Below are positions 9,465 to 19,651 of a stretch of 64,000 bases of DNA, in pieces (the stretch's first letter is position 1; the number at the start of each line of letters is the position of its first letter). Origin of the DNA: a virus (lineage: Duplodnaviria; Caudoviricetes). The notes under the pieces were generated by a model that did no database searches, was not told the origin of the DNA, and saw only the letters and a program-made list of their open reading frames with translations. The position numbers and the translations under genes are program-made. The stretch is taken from IMG/VR virus record IMGVR_UViG_3300028048_000113, positions 1-64,000 of that record; one strand, written 5' to 3'.

Positions 9465-10060
9465 AACTTAAAGCAATGACTATTGGAGCTGCAATACTTT
9501 GTGCAACTTTAATAAGCATCTACATTGCAGGTATGAAACCAGTCAATGCAGCTGAAGGTGAAAAAATCATTGAAACACAATTGATACCTGCTGAAACAGA
9601 AATGTGTACTCCAACTCCAACAAGTACACCTATTCCAACTCCTACAAATACACCCACACCTAGTCCTACTCCTAGTCCCACACCTATGCCTGAGACACCT
9701 GAAGAGTGGTATGAATTAGCACTTGAACAGGGTGAAGTAGAACCTGCTAGTGATGAGCATTTAACTGCTTATGGTGGTGTTTATTATGGTCCTAGTGGTA
9801 GAGAAACTTATTATAATCTTAAGATGGATCTTGTTGTTTATTACATGAGAGAGCTTGGTTATGATGAGGAGGATTATCCTTATTGGATTAGAGAAGATGG
9901 TTGCAAGATGTTAGGTAACTATATTATGGTAGCAGCTAATTGGAGTATTAGACCAAAGGGAACAATTCTTGAAACATCTCTTGGTACAGCTATTGTAGTT
10001 GATACAGGTTCATTTGTATCAGATTATCCAGAAGGAATTGACATAGCAGTTGATTGGTAA
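9455..10060 (+). CDS. Secreted/anchored protein, Pro-Thr linker plus 3D/RlpA-like C-terminal domain
   Basis: Signal-like N-terminus, TPTPTSTP repeat, C-terminal VAAN...GT...VVDTG...IDIAVDW resembling the 3D domain. Confidence 0.55.
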   Translation: MYLKLKAMTIGAAILCATLISIYIAGMKPVNAAEGEKIIETQLIPAETEMCTPTPTSTPIPTPTNTPTPSPTPSPTPMPETPEEWYELALEQGEVEPASDEHLTAYGGVYYGPSGRETYYNLKMDLVVYYMRELGYDEEDYPYWIREDGCKMLGNYIMVAANWSIRPKGTILETSLGTAIVVDTGSFVSDYPEGIDIAVDW

Positions 10061-10061
10061 T

Positions 10062-10661
10062 ATGAAAGAAAAGATAATTATTTCAATTCTTACTTTATCA
10101 ATTACTCTTCTTATTTGTAGTGCTGCATTGGCTGATAATTTAACATTAACCAATACAGTAGATGAACCTACAACAATAATTGAAATAACCACAGAAGAAA
10201 CTACAATAGCAACTGAAACCTCAATTATTGAAACAACCCAAGAAGAAACTGAAGTAACAACTGAAATCACAGAAGAAACTTCACCTTATGAATCAGAAGT
10301 TTTAGCAATGAACATTTGGTTTGGTATTGATATTAAAGGACCACAAAAGAAACATATTACAGTTCAAAGTGGAGTATTTAATGGACCATCAGGAAGAGAA
10401 ACATTTTATAATCTTCCTATGAAGGGTGTAATTTCTCATATGAGAAAGTTAGGCTATGATGCCGAAGAGTTTCCATACTGGGTTAGAGATGATGGATGTA
10501 AAATGCTTGGACCATACATAATGGTCGCAGCAAATCTTAAAACAAGACCTTATGGAACTATACTTGAAACCTCTATGGGAACTGCAATTGTTTGTGATAC
10601 AGGAACATTTGTAAAGAAATATCCTAATGGAGTTGACATTGCAGTAAATTGGAAAACTTAA
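10062..10661 (+). CDS. Paralog of 9455-10060 with Thr/Glu-rich linker
   Basis: Shared GPSGRET.YNL, YW.R.DGCKMLG.YIMVAAN, CDTG, VDIAVNW. Confidence 0.55.
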   Translation: MKEKIIISILTLSITLLICSAALADNLTLTNTVDEPTTIIEITTEETTIATETSIIETTQEETEVTTEITEETSPYESEVLAMNIWFGIDIKGPQKKHITVQSGVFNGPSGRETFYNLPMKGVISHMRKLGYDAEEFPYWVRDDGCKMLGPYIMVAANLKTRPYGTILETSMGTAIVCDTGTFVKKYPNGVDIAVNWKT

Positions 10662-10667
10662 AATAAG

Positions 10668-10725
10668 TAGCTAGTCATTAAGACTAGCTATTTTTTATTT
10701 ACAAATAAAATCTTTGTATTATAAT
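10668..10725 (+). promoter_or_regulatory. Terminator-promoter cassette
   Basis: TAGCTAGTC/GACTAGCTA stem and T run, then TTTACA-N16-TATAAT. Confidence 0.65.
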
Positions 10726-10747
10726 GAAAATACGGAGGTACTACGAC

Positions 10748-10909
10748 ATGTTAGATGAAACAAATAACGCTTTAATTGGTAAGAAAATTATCAATGCTGA
10801 TGTTAATGGTTATGGTATTAGATTAGAATTAGATAATGGTTCTATTTTTGAATATGATGCCACTGATGGCGGATATTCTAGTTGGGAAATCTTAAGTAAG
10901 GAGAAATAA
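10748..10909 (+). CDS. Small hypothetical protein
   Basis: GGAGGT RBS favours ATG 10748 over 10724, which overlaps the -10 box. Confidence 0.55.
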   Translation: MLDETNNALIGKKIINADVNGYGIRLELDNGSIFEYDATDGGYSSWEILSKEK

Positions 10910-10910
10910 T

Positions 10911-11111
10911 ATGATAAGTTATTTTGTGTTTCCAGAATCACCAGTTGCTACAATTGTTCATAAACTTGTTTTAACTGTATCTATAGCAATTATTATAGCA
11001 AGTTTCTTTCTAATCAATACTATCATGTTAATGATTGGATTATTAATATTAGCTATTGCTTTAGTACAAGAAATCCGCATAAGCAGAGTTAAAAAAGAAT
11101 ATAATATATAG
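10911..11111 (+). CDS. Small membrane protein
   Basis: AAGGAG RBS, two TM segments. Confidence 0.55.
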   Translation: MISYFVFPESPVATIVHKLVLTVSIAIIIASFFLINTIMLMIGLLILAIALVQEIRISRVKKEYNI

Positions 11112-11200
11112 TATTAACTATAAGTATAGGTTAGTCATTTCTTATTTACAAGATTTTATGTTTTATGGTATAATATAAAACATAAAGGAGTAAAAAGAAA

Positions 11201-11614
11201 ATGATTGGAAATACTTTATTATACATTATGTTTGGTGCAAGTATTCTTGCTATAATTGCTTTTGTTATTGCTTTAACTATTGTAGTAAAGGATAAATATT
11301 CACCTGTACCTGCAATGACTATTGGTATAGTTGGACTCTTAGTAATGGCTGGTTTGTTTATATTTTATATTGCAAATAATAAGGTAACTTCTTTCTATAG
11401 TGAAGGTAATAGAGAAGATAGTTATATGCAAAAGAATTATAACATAGAGCAAATGGCTAAGGATCATGAAGCAACCATCAAGAAAGGTGATTATGAAGAT
11501 TACAAATTGACTCATGAGGTATTTATTGATAGAGACATGTGGTTCTTATATATTCCTAATGACTATAATGAAACAGTCAATACAGAATATGATAAGTACA
11601 TAATTGAAGATTAA
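11201..11614 (+). CDS. Membrane protein
   Basis: Two TM segments; promoter TTTACA-N18-TATAAT (extended TG) at 11145-11174. Confidence 0.6.
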   Translation: MIGNTLLYIMFGASILAIIAFVIALTIVVKDKYSPVPAMTIGIVGLLVMAGLFIFYIANNKVTSFYSEGNREDSYMQKNYNIEQMAKDHEATIKKGDYEDYKLTHEVFIDRDMWFLYIPNDYNETVNTEYDKYIIED

Positions 11615-11730
11615 AATAATAAGTTAATATTACATTTTATAAGCAGCCTATAGAAATATAGGCTGTTTTATTTACAAGTTTAGAAATTTATGATACTATA
11701 ATAATAGTTCAACACAATGGAGGATCATTA

Positions 11731-12990
11731 ATGAGAGTTTGGTCTTATTGGAAATGTGATTATTGTAGCTCTATTGTAAGAGGTGATTTAAGAAATTGCC
11801 CTAATTGTGGTGGAGCTATTTCAAATGATGCAGAATATTTAATGCCTGATAATCCTGAAGTTATTGAAGCAATTAATAATGGAACTATTCTTACTTCAGG
11901 AAAAATTCATACTGATGAAAAAGGTATTAAGTCTGAGATAATTGATGAAAAAGACTATAAGACTGGACCTAATTGGAAGTGTCTTTCTTGTGGTTCTCAG
12001 AACTGGAATAACTTAGACAGGTGTGAGAGTTGTGGTGCTCCTAGATCAAACATTGATCATTTTTCTAATGAAAAGTCTGAAGAAACAAAGATTTCAGAAA
12101 ACTTAATTGCAAAATCATCTTATCCTAGAACAAATGATGAAAAGATTAAGCCTTCATTGACATATCCTAAGGCAAGTGATAGAGATTATATTAAAGAATC
12201 TATAGAAAAGAATACATCAAAGTTATCTATGTCAGATATACTTAGTGGTATTTGGATGTGGATTACAAATCATGTAAAGCCTATTGTTATTACTTTTATC
12301 TTCTTAACTTTAGTTGCTTTCTTTACTTGGTTATTTTGGCCTGTCACAAGAGAAGCTTCAGTAAGATCTTTTAGATGGCAATATGACATTTCAGTAGAGG
12401 AATTTAGAGAATGTCATGAAAGTGATTGGTCATTGCCTTCTGGAGCACAACTTGAATATACTAGAAATGAAATTCATCATTATGACCATGTTTTAGATCA
12501 CTATGAAACAAGAACTAGACAGTGTTCTAGACAGGTACAGGATGGATATGATACTTCTTATAGAAATCTTGGAAATGGTCAGGTTGAAGTAGTTCAAACT
12601 CCTAGATACAGAACAGAATATTATACAGAAACATATCAGGAACCTGTATATGTAGATGTTCCTGTTTATAGAACAAAATATTATTATGAAATTGGCAGAT
12701 GGAAGTATAATTATTCTCTCACTACTAGTGGTAATGACAAGAACACATACTGGCATGAAACTGATCTTCCTACAACAGTAAATAATCCTGTTTATGGTGA
12801 TGATAAGCAGGGTCCCAGATATGAACATTATTATATTACTATCTTAAATGAAAATGAAGAATACAGTGAAATCACTGTTAATGGTTCTACTTGGTATTCT
12901 TTAGAGCCTTATCAGAAGATTACATATAAGTCATTTAGATTTAGTCATAACCCCATAACAAATATAGAAAATGTTGTTTCTAATGGATAA
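11731..12990 (+). CDS. RanBP2/NZF-type zinc-finger membrane protein
   Basis: WKCDYC...CPNCG and WKCLSCGSQNWNNLDRCESC (W-x-C-x2-C-x3-N-x6-C-x2-C), one TM, Tyr-rich C-terminal domain. Confidence 0.65.
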   Translation: MRVWSYWKCDYCSSIVRGDLRNCPNCGGAISNDAEYLMPDNPEVIEAINNGTILTSGKIHTDEKGIKSEIIDEKDYKTGPNWKCLSCGSQNWNNLDRCESCGAPRSNIDHFSNEKSEETKISENLIAKSSYPRTNDEKIKPSLTYPKASDRDYIKESIEKNTSKLSMSDILSGIWMWITNHVKPIVITFIFLTLVAFFTWLFWPVTREASVRSFRWQYDISVEEFRECHESDWSLPSGAQLEYTRNEIHHYDHVLDHYETRTRQCSRQVQDGYDTSYRNLGNGQVEVVQTPRYRTEYYTETYQEPVYVDVPVYRTKYYYEIGRWKYNYSLTTSGNDKNTYWHETDLPTTVNNPVYGDDKQGPRYEHYYITILNENEEYSEITVNGSTWYSLEPYQKITYKSFRFSHNPITNIENVVSNG

Positions 12991-13096
12991 TTTAGGCATA
13001 TCCTAAAGGACCATTTAATAATAATGGAAATCTTATTTTCCATAATGGTTGTTATAAGTTTATAACTTATAAAACCAAGAATAGGAGTGAAACAAT

Positions 13097-14593
13097 ATGG
13101 TAAAGAATTTTGTTTTGGACACTAATGTTTTCATGTCAAATGCTAATGCATTATTTGGATATGATGACAATGTAATTATTCTTTGTGGAACAGTTTTACA
13201 AGAACTCGATAAGCATAAGAATGATGAGGGTGAAAGAGGTTATAATGCTAGAGAGGCTATTAGAAGTATAAGACAAGTAGTCAGAGATGCTCTAGATGGA
13301 AAAAATGAAATCCTCAATGCAGAAATTGCTCAGGTACAAAAAGCTAAAGAATGGGATTCAATCCCAAATATTTATATTTTGACCAAGCATGGAATTCCAC
13401 TTAATGAAAAGGGTGGTAGACTGCTATTTGAGCCTGATGGTGTAAAACAAGAGTATTTACCAAAAGGTTACGAACTTGATAGAGCAGACAACAAAATAAT
13501 TTCTTCATGCATTCATATGAACAAATCATATTGCAAAGATAATCCTGCTATCCTATTAACTGAGGATGCATCAATGCAACTGAATGCTGAAGTATGCGGA
13601 ATTAGAGCAGAAAATGTAAAGAATGAGCAAATAGAGTATACAGGTTATTCTGGTCATGTTAACCTTCCTATTGCTGATTCAAAGATTATTGACAAACTTA
13701 ATAAAGACCAATGTATAGAAGCAGACTTGATTCCTGAAATTGCACAACTAGACTATCCGCTTTATCAGAATCAGTTTGTTACTATCACGGCTCAAACCAT
13801 GAAAGGAAAACAGTCAGTATTGACAGTATTCCAAGGTGATCATATTCTTAAAATCCCTGAAGATTTAACTCTTAATGATTATAAGATTAAGCCACTTAAT
13901 AAAATGCAAAGATATGCAATGTGGGCACTTACAAATCCTGCAATTCCTCTTGTAATTCTTGAAGGTCCTGCAGGTACCGCTAAAACATTCTTATCATTAG
14001 CATGTGGTTTGTCAATGGTTGATACTGCTAGTTATTATGGTAAAGATTTAAGCTATGATGACAGAGAAGCCAACAAGTACTATAATAAACTTATCATAGC
14101 AAAACCTAATCATGGTGGAGCTGATAAAGATTATGGTTATTTACCTGGTTCTCTTGAAGAAAAAATGGGACCTGTTAATGCATCTTATAATGACAACCTT
14201 GAAGTAATTCTTTCTGGTGGTGATAAAAGATCATTGAGAGATACAAAAGAACTCATTGCTGATTTTATGGAGACTGGAATTATTGAATCTTGTCCTCTTT
14301 ATGCAATTAGAGGTAGAACAATTCATGACTCTTTCTTCATTTGCGATGAAGCTCAAAATGCCAATAAACAACTCATTAAAGATATTATCACAAGACCTGC
14401 ATTTAATACAAAAATTGTAGTTGCAGGTGATCCTACACAGATTGATAACACATCACTCAATGAGCATAATAATGGTCTTATTTATGCAAAGGATAGTATG
14501 AAAGGTGATCCTCTCTGTGCTATAATCAGATTTGAGGAAGAGCACAATGTAAGAAGTCCACTTTCTGCAGCAGCTCTTAAGAGAATGAAGTAA
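13097..14593 (+). CDS. phoH: PIN-PhoH family protein (YlaK/PhoH2-like)
   Basis: N-terminal PIN (FVLDTNV, ELDKHK, ADNKI, LLTED) plus PhoH ATPase (GPAGTAKT, IRGRT, DEAQN, GDPTQID). Confidence 0.9.
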   Translation: MVKNFVLDTNVFMSNANALFGYDDNVIILCGTVLQELDKHKNDEGERGYNAREAIRSIRQVVRDALDGKNEILNAEIAQVQKAKEWDSIPNIYILTKHGIPLNEKGGRLLFEPDGVKQEYLPKGYELDRADNKIISSCIHMNKSYCKDNPAILLTEDASMQLNAEVCGIRAENVKNEQIEYTGYSGHVNLPIADSKIIDKLNKDQCIEADLIPEIAQLDYPLYQNQFVTITAQTMKGKQSVLTVFQGDHILKIPEDLTLNDYKIKPLNKMQRYAMWALTNPAIPLVILEGPAGTAKTFLSLACGLSMVDTASYYGKDLSYDDREANKYYNKLIIAKPNHGGADKDYGYLPGSLEEKMGPVNASYNDNLEVILSGGDKRSLRDTKELIADFMETGIIESCPLYAIRGRTIHDSFFICDEAQNANKQLIKDIITRPAFNTKIVVAGDPTQIDNTSLNEHNNGLIYAKDSMKGDPLCAIIRFEEEHNVRSPLSAAALKRMK

Positions 14594-14693
14594 CAAAAAC
14601 ATCAAAAAGTAATAAAAAGAAGTGGCCTATATTTGATGTATAGGTCACTTTTTATTTTACTTGGAAAGGAAATTATATTATAATATATTTATT

Positions 14694-15506
14694 ATGAAAA
14701 AGATATTGTTAATTGCCCTAGTACTTTTAATCCCCTTTGAATGTGGTGCAACTGTATTACTTAAGAAGGATAAAACTGAAAACTTAAAAGACACTACAGC
14801 AAATATTGCACTTCTTAGTATTGAAAGTACTCCAACAACTAGTGATACCTCAACTGAAGGTACTTCTGGCACAACTGAATCAGAAACCTCTGAAACAGAG
14901 GAAACAGAAGAGACTAATAATGATTTAGATAATGTAGAAACTTATGAAGATCTTCATGAAATTCCTAAGGAAAAGAAAACAATTTATAACATGACCACAA
15001 AAGAGCTCAATGCTTTATCTATTAAGCAAAAGGCAAAGTTAGTTGGTATTTCTGTTAAAGAATTTAAAATGATGGCTGAGGTTATTAGCCATGAGGCTGG
15101 ACTCAAAATGAATGATAAAATTTGTGTTGCAGCTATAATTTGGAACAGAAAATACTGTAAACAATTCAATAACTCTATCAAAGGTGTAATCACAGAGCCT
15201 GGTCAATTCTATGATTTAAGCAGAGATAAATCTGGAAATCATAAAGATAAAAAGGCTCAATTGGCAATTTTACTTGCTTACAGAAAAGTACATAAATTTG
15301 AGATACCTCATAATGTACTATATTTTAATAGTATAGGTTTTGGTTCTAAAAATAGAAACAGATATAAGAAATATAAACATTATAACAACTATTTCTTAAA
15401 AGACACTTATTGTCATTGTAAATGGTGTTCAGCAAAGAAACCTACACCAAAGCCAACTGCTCCTACAGATAATGTCTTAAATATTTTAGATCATATAGAA
15501 TATTAA
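14694..15506 (+). CDS. Cell wall hydrolase, SleB/Hydrolase_2 family, secreted
   Basis: Signal peptide, T/E linker, MAEVISHEA...VAAIIWNR...VITEPGQF. Confidence 0.75.
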   Translation: MKKILLIALVLLIPFECGATVLLKKDKTENLKDTTANIALLSIESTPTTSDTSTEGTSGTTESETSETEETEETNNDLDNVETYEDLHEIPKEKKTIYNMTTKELNALSIKQKAKLVGISVKEFKMMAEVISHEAGLKMNDKICVAAIIWNRKYCKQFNNSIKGVITEPGQFYDLSRDKSGNHKDKKAQLAILLAYRKVHKFEIPHNVLYFNSIGFGSKNRNRYKKYKHYNNYFLKDTYCHCKWCSAKKPTPKPTAPTDNVLNILDHIEY

Positions 15507-15703
15507 TCTATACAATTAAAAATAAAAGTCTACTGGTTTAATGCCAGTAGATTTTTTGTGCAAAAGTGAGTTTACAAGACTTCTAAAATTTGATAATATA
15601 ATTATATTAGATGGTGTGATGACATTTAGCGTATAAAAAAATAGTTTACAAGTTAATGTCATTATTATATGATTATATAAAAGTAAAATAAAGGAAAAAT
15701 GAT

Positions 15704-16615
15704 ATGAGATATTCTTCGTCTAATGATAAATATGGATATGAAGAGTCAAATTATGACAAGTATAAGGCTCATTTGGATGAAGAAAAAATAAAAAGAAGTG
15801 CTGAAGTAGAAAAGGCTATTCAGGAACAAGGTAAGGCTGCCATAATGAAATATGAGGAAAAGTCTTTACAAGTAACTAATGAAAAGAAGAAAATTGCTAA
15901 GTATGCAGGAACAGCTTTAGCTGTTGGTGCAGCAGCTGTTTTTGCTTATTCACCTGGATTATTAGCATTAAGACTTTCAGATGCTTCTATTGTTAGAGCA
16001 ACCTTGTCAATTATGGTAGGATTATTTCTTGTTGGTGTATTTGGATATGCCACATATAAATTCTTTGCTCCAGAGAAAAAGCATATTAAGACAATAAATT
16101 CTAGTATTGATGTCACTGAGCTTTCAAATAAGCTCAAGGAACATACTAGTGATGCATATATTGGTAAGCTAGCCTCACAAGCACTAGCTCAAATTGATAG
16201 ACTTAATAGATCAATTAAGAGAGTTGAATTTGAAATTGCAAATAAGTTTGAATCATCATCAATGACATATCAGAATTTCTATGCTTCAGTTGATGATGCA
16301 GGTAATTGTGCTTTTAAGAATTTGGCTAGTTTCTTAAATAGAATTCAGCTTTATAATCATGAAGACTATAATAGCCTTAAGAATTATAAAGATGATGATA
16401 TTCCTGATGAAATTCAGGAGAAGCAAATTGAACTTATGCAAAAGAATTTTGAATTAGCAAAAGACGCACTGACTGCAAATGAAAATTTGATCTTAGGTCT
16501 TGAATCTCTTGCAATTGAAATTGCTGATGCTAATTTCAATGAGGACAGTGATAAAAATCAAGTTATGCTTGATGAAATCAATAAATTAACCAATACAATA
16601 AAGTATTATATATAA
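15704..16615 (+). CDS. Membrane protein, probable XpaC-like partner of TelA
   Basis: Two TM helices plus helical/coiled-coil cytosolic domain; first gene of the vWA-telA operon (inferred from context). Confidence 0.45.
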   Translation: MRYSSSNDKYGYEESNYDKYKAHLDEEKIKRSAEVEKAIQEQGKAAIMKYEEKSLQVTNEKKKIAKYAGTALAVGAAAVFAYSPGLLALRLSDASIVRATLSIMVGLFLVGVFGYATYKFFAPEKKHIKTINSSIDVTELSNKLKEHTSDAYIGKLASQALAQIDRLNRSIKRVEFEIANKFESSSMTYQNFYASVDDAGNCAFKNLASFLNRIQLYNHEDYNSLKNYKDDDIPDEIQEKQIELMQKNFELAKDALTANENLILGLESLAIEIADANFNEDSDKNQVMLDEINKLTNTIKYYI

Positions 16616-16630
16616 AGGAGTAAAGAAAAC

Positions 16631-18322
16631 ATGAAGACTTGGCAGAAAGGTTTAATTGCTGCTGGTATATTTGTACTTGTAGGAGTTATTGTTGCCTTGG
16701 GAATTGGTCTCTCAAGAAATGCTAACAAGAGTGCAAGAACAGTATCACAGGAAAGCAATGAAGCACAGTTGGCAAAGATGTATCAGAGGGTAGATCCTAT
16801 TATTGGTACACCTACAAAGGGAATGGTTACCTATTCAGATGACACAACCTACAGAGAGTTACCTGATCTTGATGATAGCTCAATTGCAGTAAAGGCTACT
16901 ACATCATTTTATGTAGAAATCTTTGCTTCATCAGAGAAGACAAGTTCTGGACAGGATGGATATTTGAGAGAAATGGTTACTGCATTTAATGCAACAAAGC
17001 CTACACTTTCAAATGGTACACCTTTCTCAGTACAGCTTAGAACAGTATCATCTGGACAGCAGGTAGATTATGTAACATCTGGTAAGTATGTACCTGATGC
17101 TATTTCACCTTCTAGCACCATGCAGATTAGAATGGTAAATGCTAGAGGTGTTGATACAGAATATATTGATGAGTCTCTTGTAATGAATTATGCAGGTATT
17201 GTTGTATCACCTGAAACATATTCAACATTGATTGAGACTTATGGTGAAGTTTCAGTTAAGTCACTTGCACAGGCAACAGCTGAAAATAAGGTAATCATGG
17301 GTTATACAGACCCCTTTACATCAGCTACAGGACTTAACTTCCTTGTAACATTACTTGATAGTTATGATAGTGGTAACATTAGTTCTCCTAATGCAATAGC
17401 TGGATTTACATCATTCCAGGCTAATGTACCTTTTGTTGCTATGACAACAGGCCAGATGAAGAAGTCAGCTATTGAAAGAGGAACATTTGGAGCATTTGTT
17501 TCTGAGTATCAGGCATTTGTAAATGATGCTAACCTTAGTAAGAATTATAAGTTCATTCCTTTTGGATATGAGCATGAAAATCCTTTAGCAGCAATCAGCT
17601 CTATCTCTCAGGAAAAGAAAGATGCTCTTAAGTTGTTTGCTGACTACTGTGATAAGAATGGTCAGTCACTTGCAAAGCAGGATGGTTTCAATCAGATGCC
17701 TCAGGGTTATACACCTATGAAGACAACATATTCTGGTCTTGAAATTATTACAGCTCAGAAGTTATTTAAGGAAAATAAGGATACAAAGCCTGTTATCTGT
17801 GTATTTGTAGCAGATGTTTCTGGATCAATGGATGGTGAGCCTCTTAGTGCTCTTAAGGACTCCTTGATTAACTCAATGCAGTACATCAATGAAGATAACT
17901 ATGTAGGACTTGTATCTTATTCAGATAATGTAAAGATTGAACTTCCTATTGGACAGTTTAATTTGGAACAGCAGTCACTTTTCAAGGGTACAGTTGAATC
18001 ACTTTCTGCAGGTGGTAGAACAGCCACATGTGATGGTGTAATTGTAGCCATGAATATGATTAATGAATATAAGAAGACTGTACCTGATGCAAGAGCAATT
18101 ATCTTTGTTCTTAGTGATGGTTTGCAGAATGAGGGTTATTCCATCAGAGATGTAGAGCCTGTTGTAAAGGGACTTAATATTCCTATCTATACAATTTGCT
18201 ACAATGATGGTGATAAGCAGAACCTTCAGACACTTAGTGACATCAATGAAGGTGTTATGATTAATGCATCCTCTGATGATGTTATCTATCAGTTGAAGAA
18301 GTTGTTCAATGTAAATGTATAA
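16631..18322 (+). CDS. Membrane-anchored solute-binding-like domain plus vWA domain protein
   Basis: N-terminal TM; C-terminal MIDAS motifs VFVADVSGSM, GGRTAT, VLSDG. Confidence 0.8.
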   Translation: MKTWQKGLIAAGIFVLVGVIVALGIGLSRNANKSARTVSQESNEAQLAKMYQRVDPIIGTPTKGMVTYSDDTTYRELPDLDDSSIAVKATTSFYVEIFASSEKTSSGQDGYLREMVTAFNATKPTLSNGTPFSVQLRTVSSGQQVDYVTSGKYVPDAISPSSTMQIRMVNARGVDTEYIDESLVMNYAGIVVSPETYSTLIETYGEVSVKSLAQATAENKVIMGYTDPFTSATGLNFLVTLLDSYDSGNISSPNAIAGFTSFQANVPFVAMTTGQMKKSAIERGTFGAFVSEYQAFVNDANLSKNYKFIPFGYEHENPLAAISSISQEKKDALKLFADYCDKNGQSLAKQDGFNQMPQGYTPMKTTYSGLEIITAQKLFKENKDTKPVICVFVADVSGSMDGEPLSALKDSLINSMQYINEDNYVGLVSYSDNVKIELPIGQFNLEQQSLFKGTVESLSAGGRTATCDGVIVAMNMINEYKKTVPDARAIIFVLSDGLQNEGYSIRDVEPVVKGLNIPIYTICYNDGDKQNLQTLSDINEGVMINASSDDVIYQLKKLFNVNV

Positions 18323-18418
18323 TATTTGAAAATGACTCCCAGAGGATTTTACTTCTGGGAGCCTCAAATATATAATGTAACCAAGTATTAAGTTATTATT
18401 CTAAAAGGAGTAATTAAA

Positions 18419-19648
18419 ATGGCAGAAAACAAGAATGATGATCAGCTCTTTTCATTGGAAATTCCTAATGCAGAAGAGGTAAAGGAAGAAGTAACAAAGG
18501 AACTTGCTATAACTGAGGCAGAGAAGACAGCCATTGCAACTACATCAAATAATGCTGTAGATAAGATTATGGCAGTTGATATTAACAACCTTGAAAATAG
18601 AAAGCAGGTTGCAAATATCATTAATGACTTTGGTCTTGATGATCTCAAGAAGAGTAAGTCAAACAATAGCATTCTTCAGAAGAGATTGATGACTTTTGAT
18701 AAGGCTGGACAGATGACTGGTATTGGTGAAGTTCAGCATGTTACACAGGGACTTGAGGATCTTACAATCAAGATGAAGGACTTGGATCCTTCTGGAATTG
18801 ATTTTGTAAAGACTGGTCCTCTTAGTAAGATTTTCAATCCAGTAAGAAGATATTTTGAAAAGTATAAGACAGCAGACCAGGAAATTGGTACCATTGTTGA
18901 AAGCTTGAATAAGGGTAAGAAGTCACTTCAGCAGGACAATACAACTCTTGAAATTGAAGAAGTTCAGATGAGAGAGACAACAAGAAAGATGCTTCAGAAT
19001 GTTGAAATGGGTCAGCAGCTTGATGCAGCTCTTGAAGCAGCAATTGAGAAGGCTAGACTTGATGGTACTGATCCTGATAAGATTAGATTTGTTGAGGAAG
19101 AGGTACTTTATCCTCTTAGACAGAGAATTGAAGACTTCCAGCAGGTTGCACTTGTTTCACAGCAGGGTGTAATTGCAATGGAAATCATTAGAAGAAATAA
19201 TAAGGAACTTGTTAGATCTGTTGAAAGAGCAGAAAATGTAACAGTTACAGCTCTTAGAACTGCAGTCACAGTTGCTGGTGCTCTTTATAATCAGAAGATT
19301 GTACTTGAAAAGGTTCAGTCTCTTAATGAAACAACTAATAAGATGATGGAAACAACTGCTACAATGCTCCACACTCAGGGTGTAGAGATTCAGAAGCAGG
19401 CATCTTCAACAGCAATTGATGTTCAGACACTCCAGACAGTATTCTCTGAAACACTCCAGGCTCTTGAGGATATTAGTAATTATAAGCAGGAAGCATTGCC
19501 TCAGATGAAGTCCACAATTGAGACATTCAGACAGATGGCAGATCAGGGTGAAGCTGAAATTACCAAGATGGAGAAGACATTTACAGACATTGACCTTCTC
19601 CCTGGTAATGATGCAAAGAAGCTTGATGATGGTAACAAGGAGGCTTAA
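18419..19648 (+). CDS. telA: Toxic anion resistance protein TelA/KlaB family
   Basis: Coiled coil; RYFEKY, L..DN..LE, LRQRIEDFQQ, IRRNNKEL, T..ALRTAVTVA. Confidence 0.85.
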   Translation: MAENKNDDQLFSLEIPNAEEVKEEVTKELAITEAEKTAIATTSNNAVDKIMAVDINNLENRKQVANIINDFGLDDLKKSKSNNSILQKRLMTFDKAGQMTGIGEVQHVTQGLEDLTIKMKDLDPSGIDFVKTGPLSKIFNPVRRYFEKYKTADQEIGTIVESLNKGKKSLQQDNTTLEIEEVQMRETTRKMLQNVEMGQQLDAALEAAIEKARLDGTDPDKIRFVEEEVLYPLRQRIEDFQQVALVSQQGVIAMEIIRRNNKELVRSVERAENVTVTALRTAVTVAGALYNQKIVLEKVQSLNETTNKMMETTATMLHTQGVEIQKQASSTAIDVQTLQTVFSETLQALEDISNYKQEALPQMKSTIETFRQMADQGEAEITKMEKTFTDIDLLPGNDAKKLDDGNKEA

Positions 19649-19651
19649 TAA

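Noticed and set aside
9605-9690. Repetitive CCWAC-rich DNA
   Set aside because: Simply encodes the Pro-Thr linker; not a non-coding repeat
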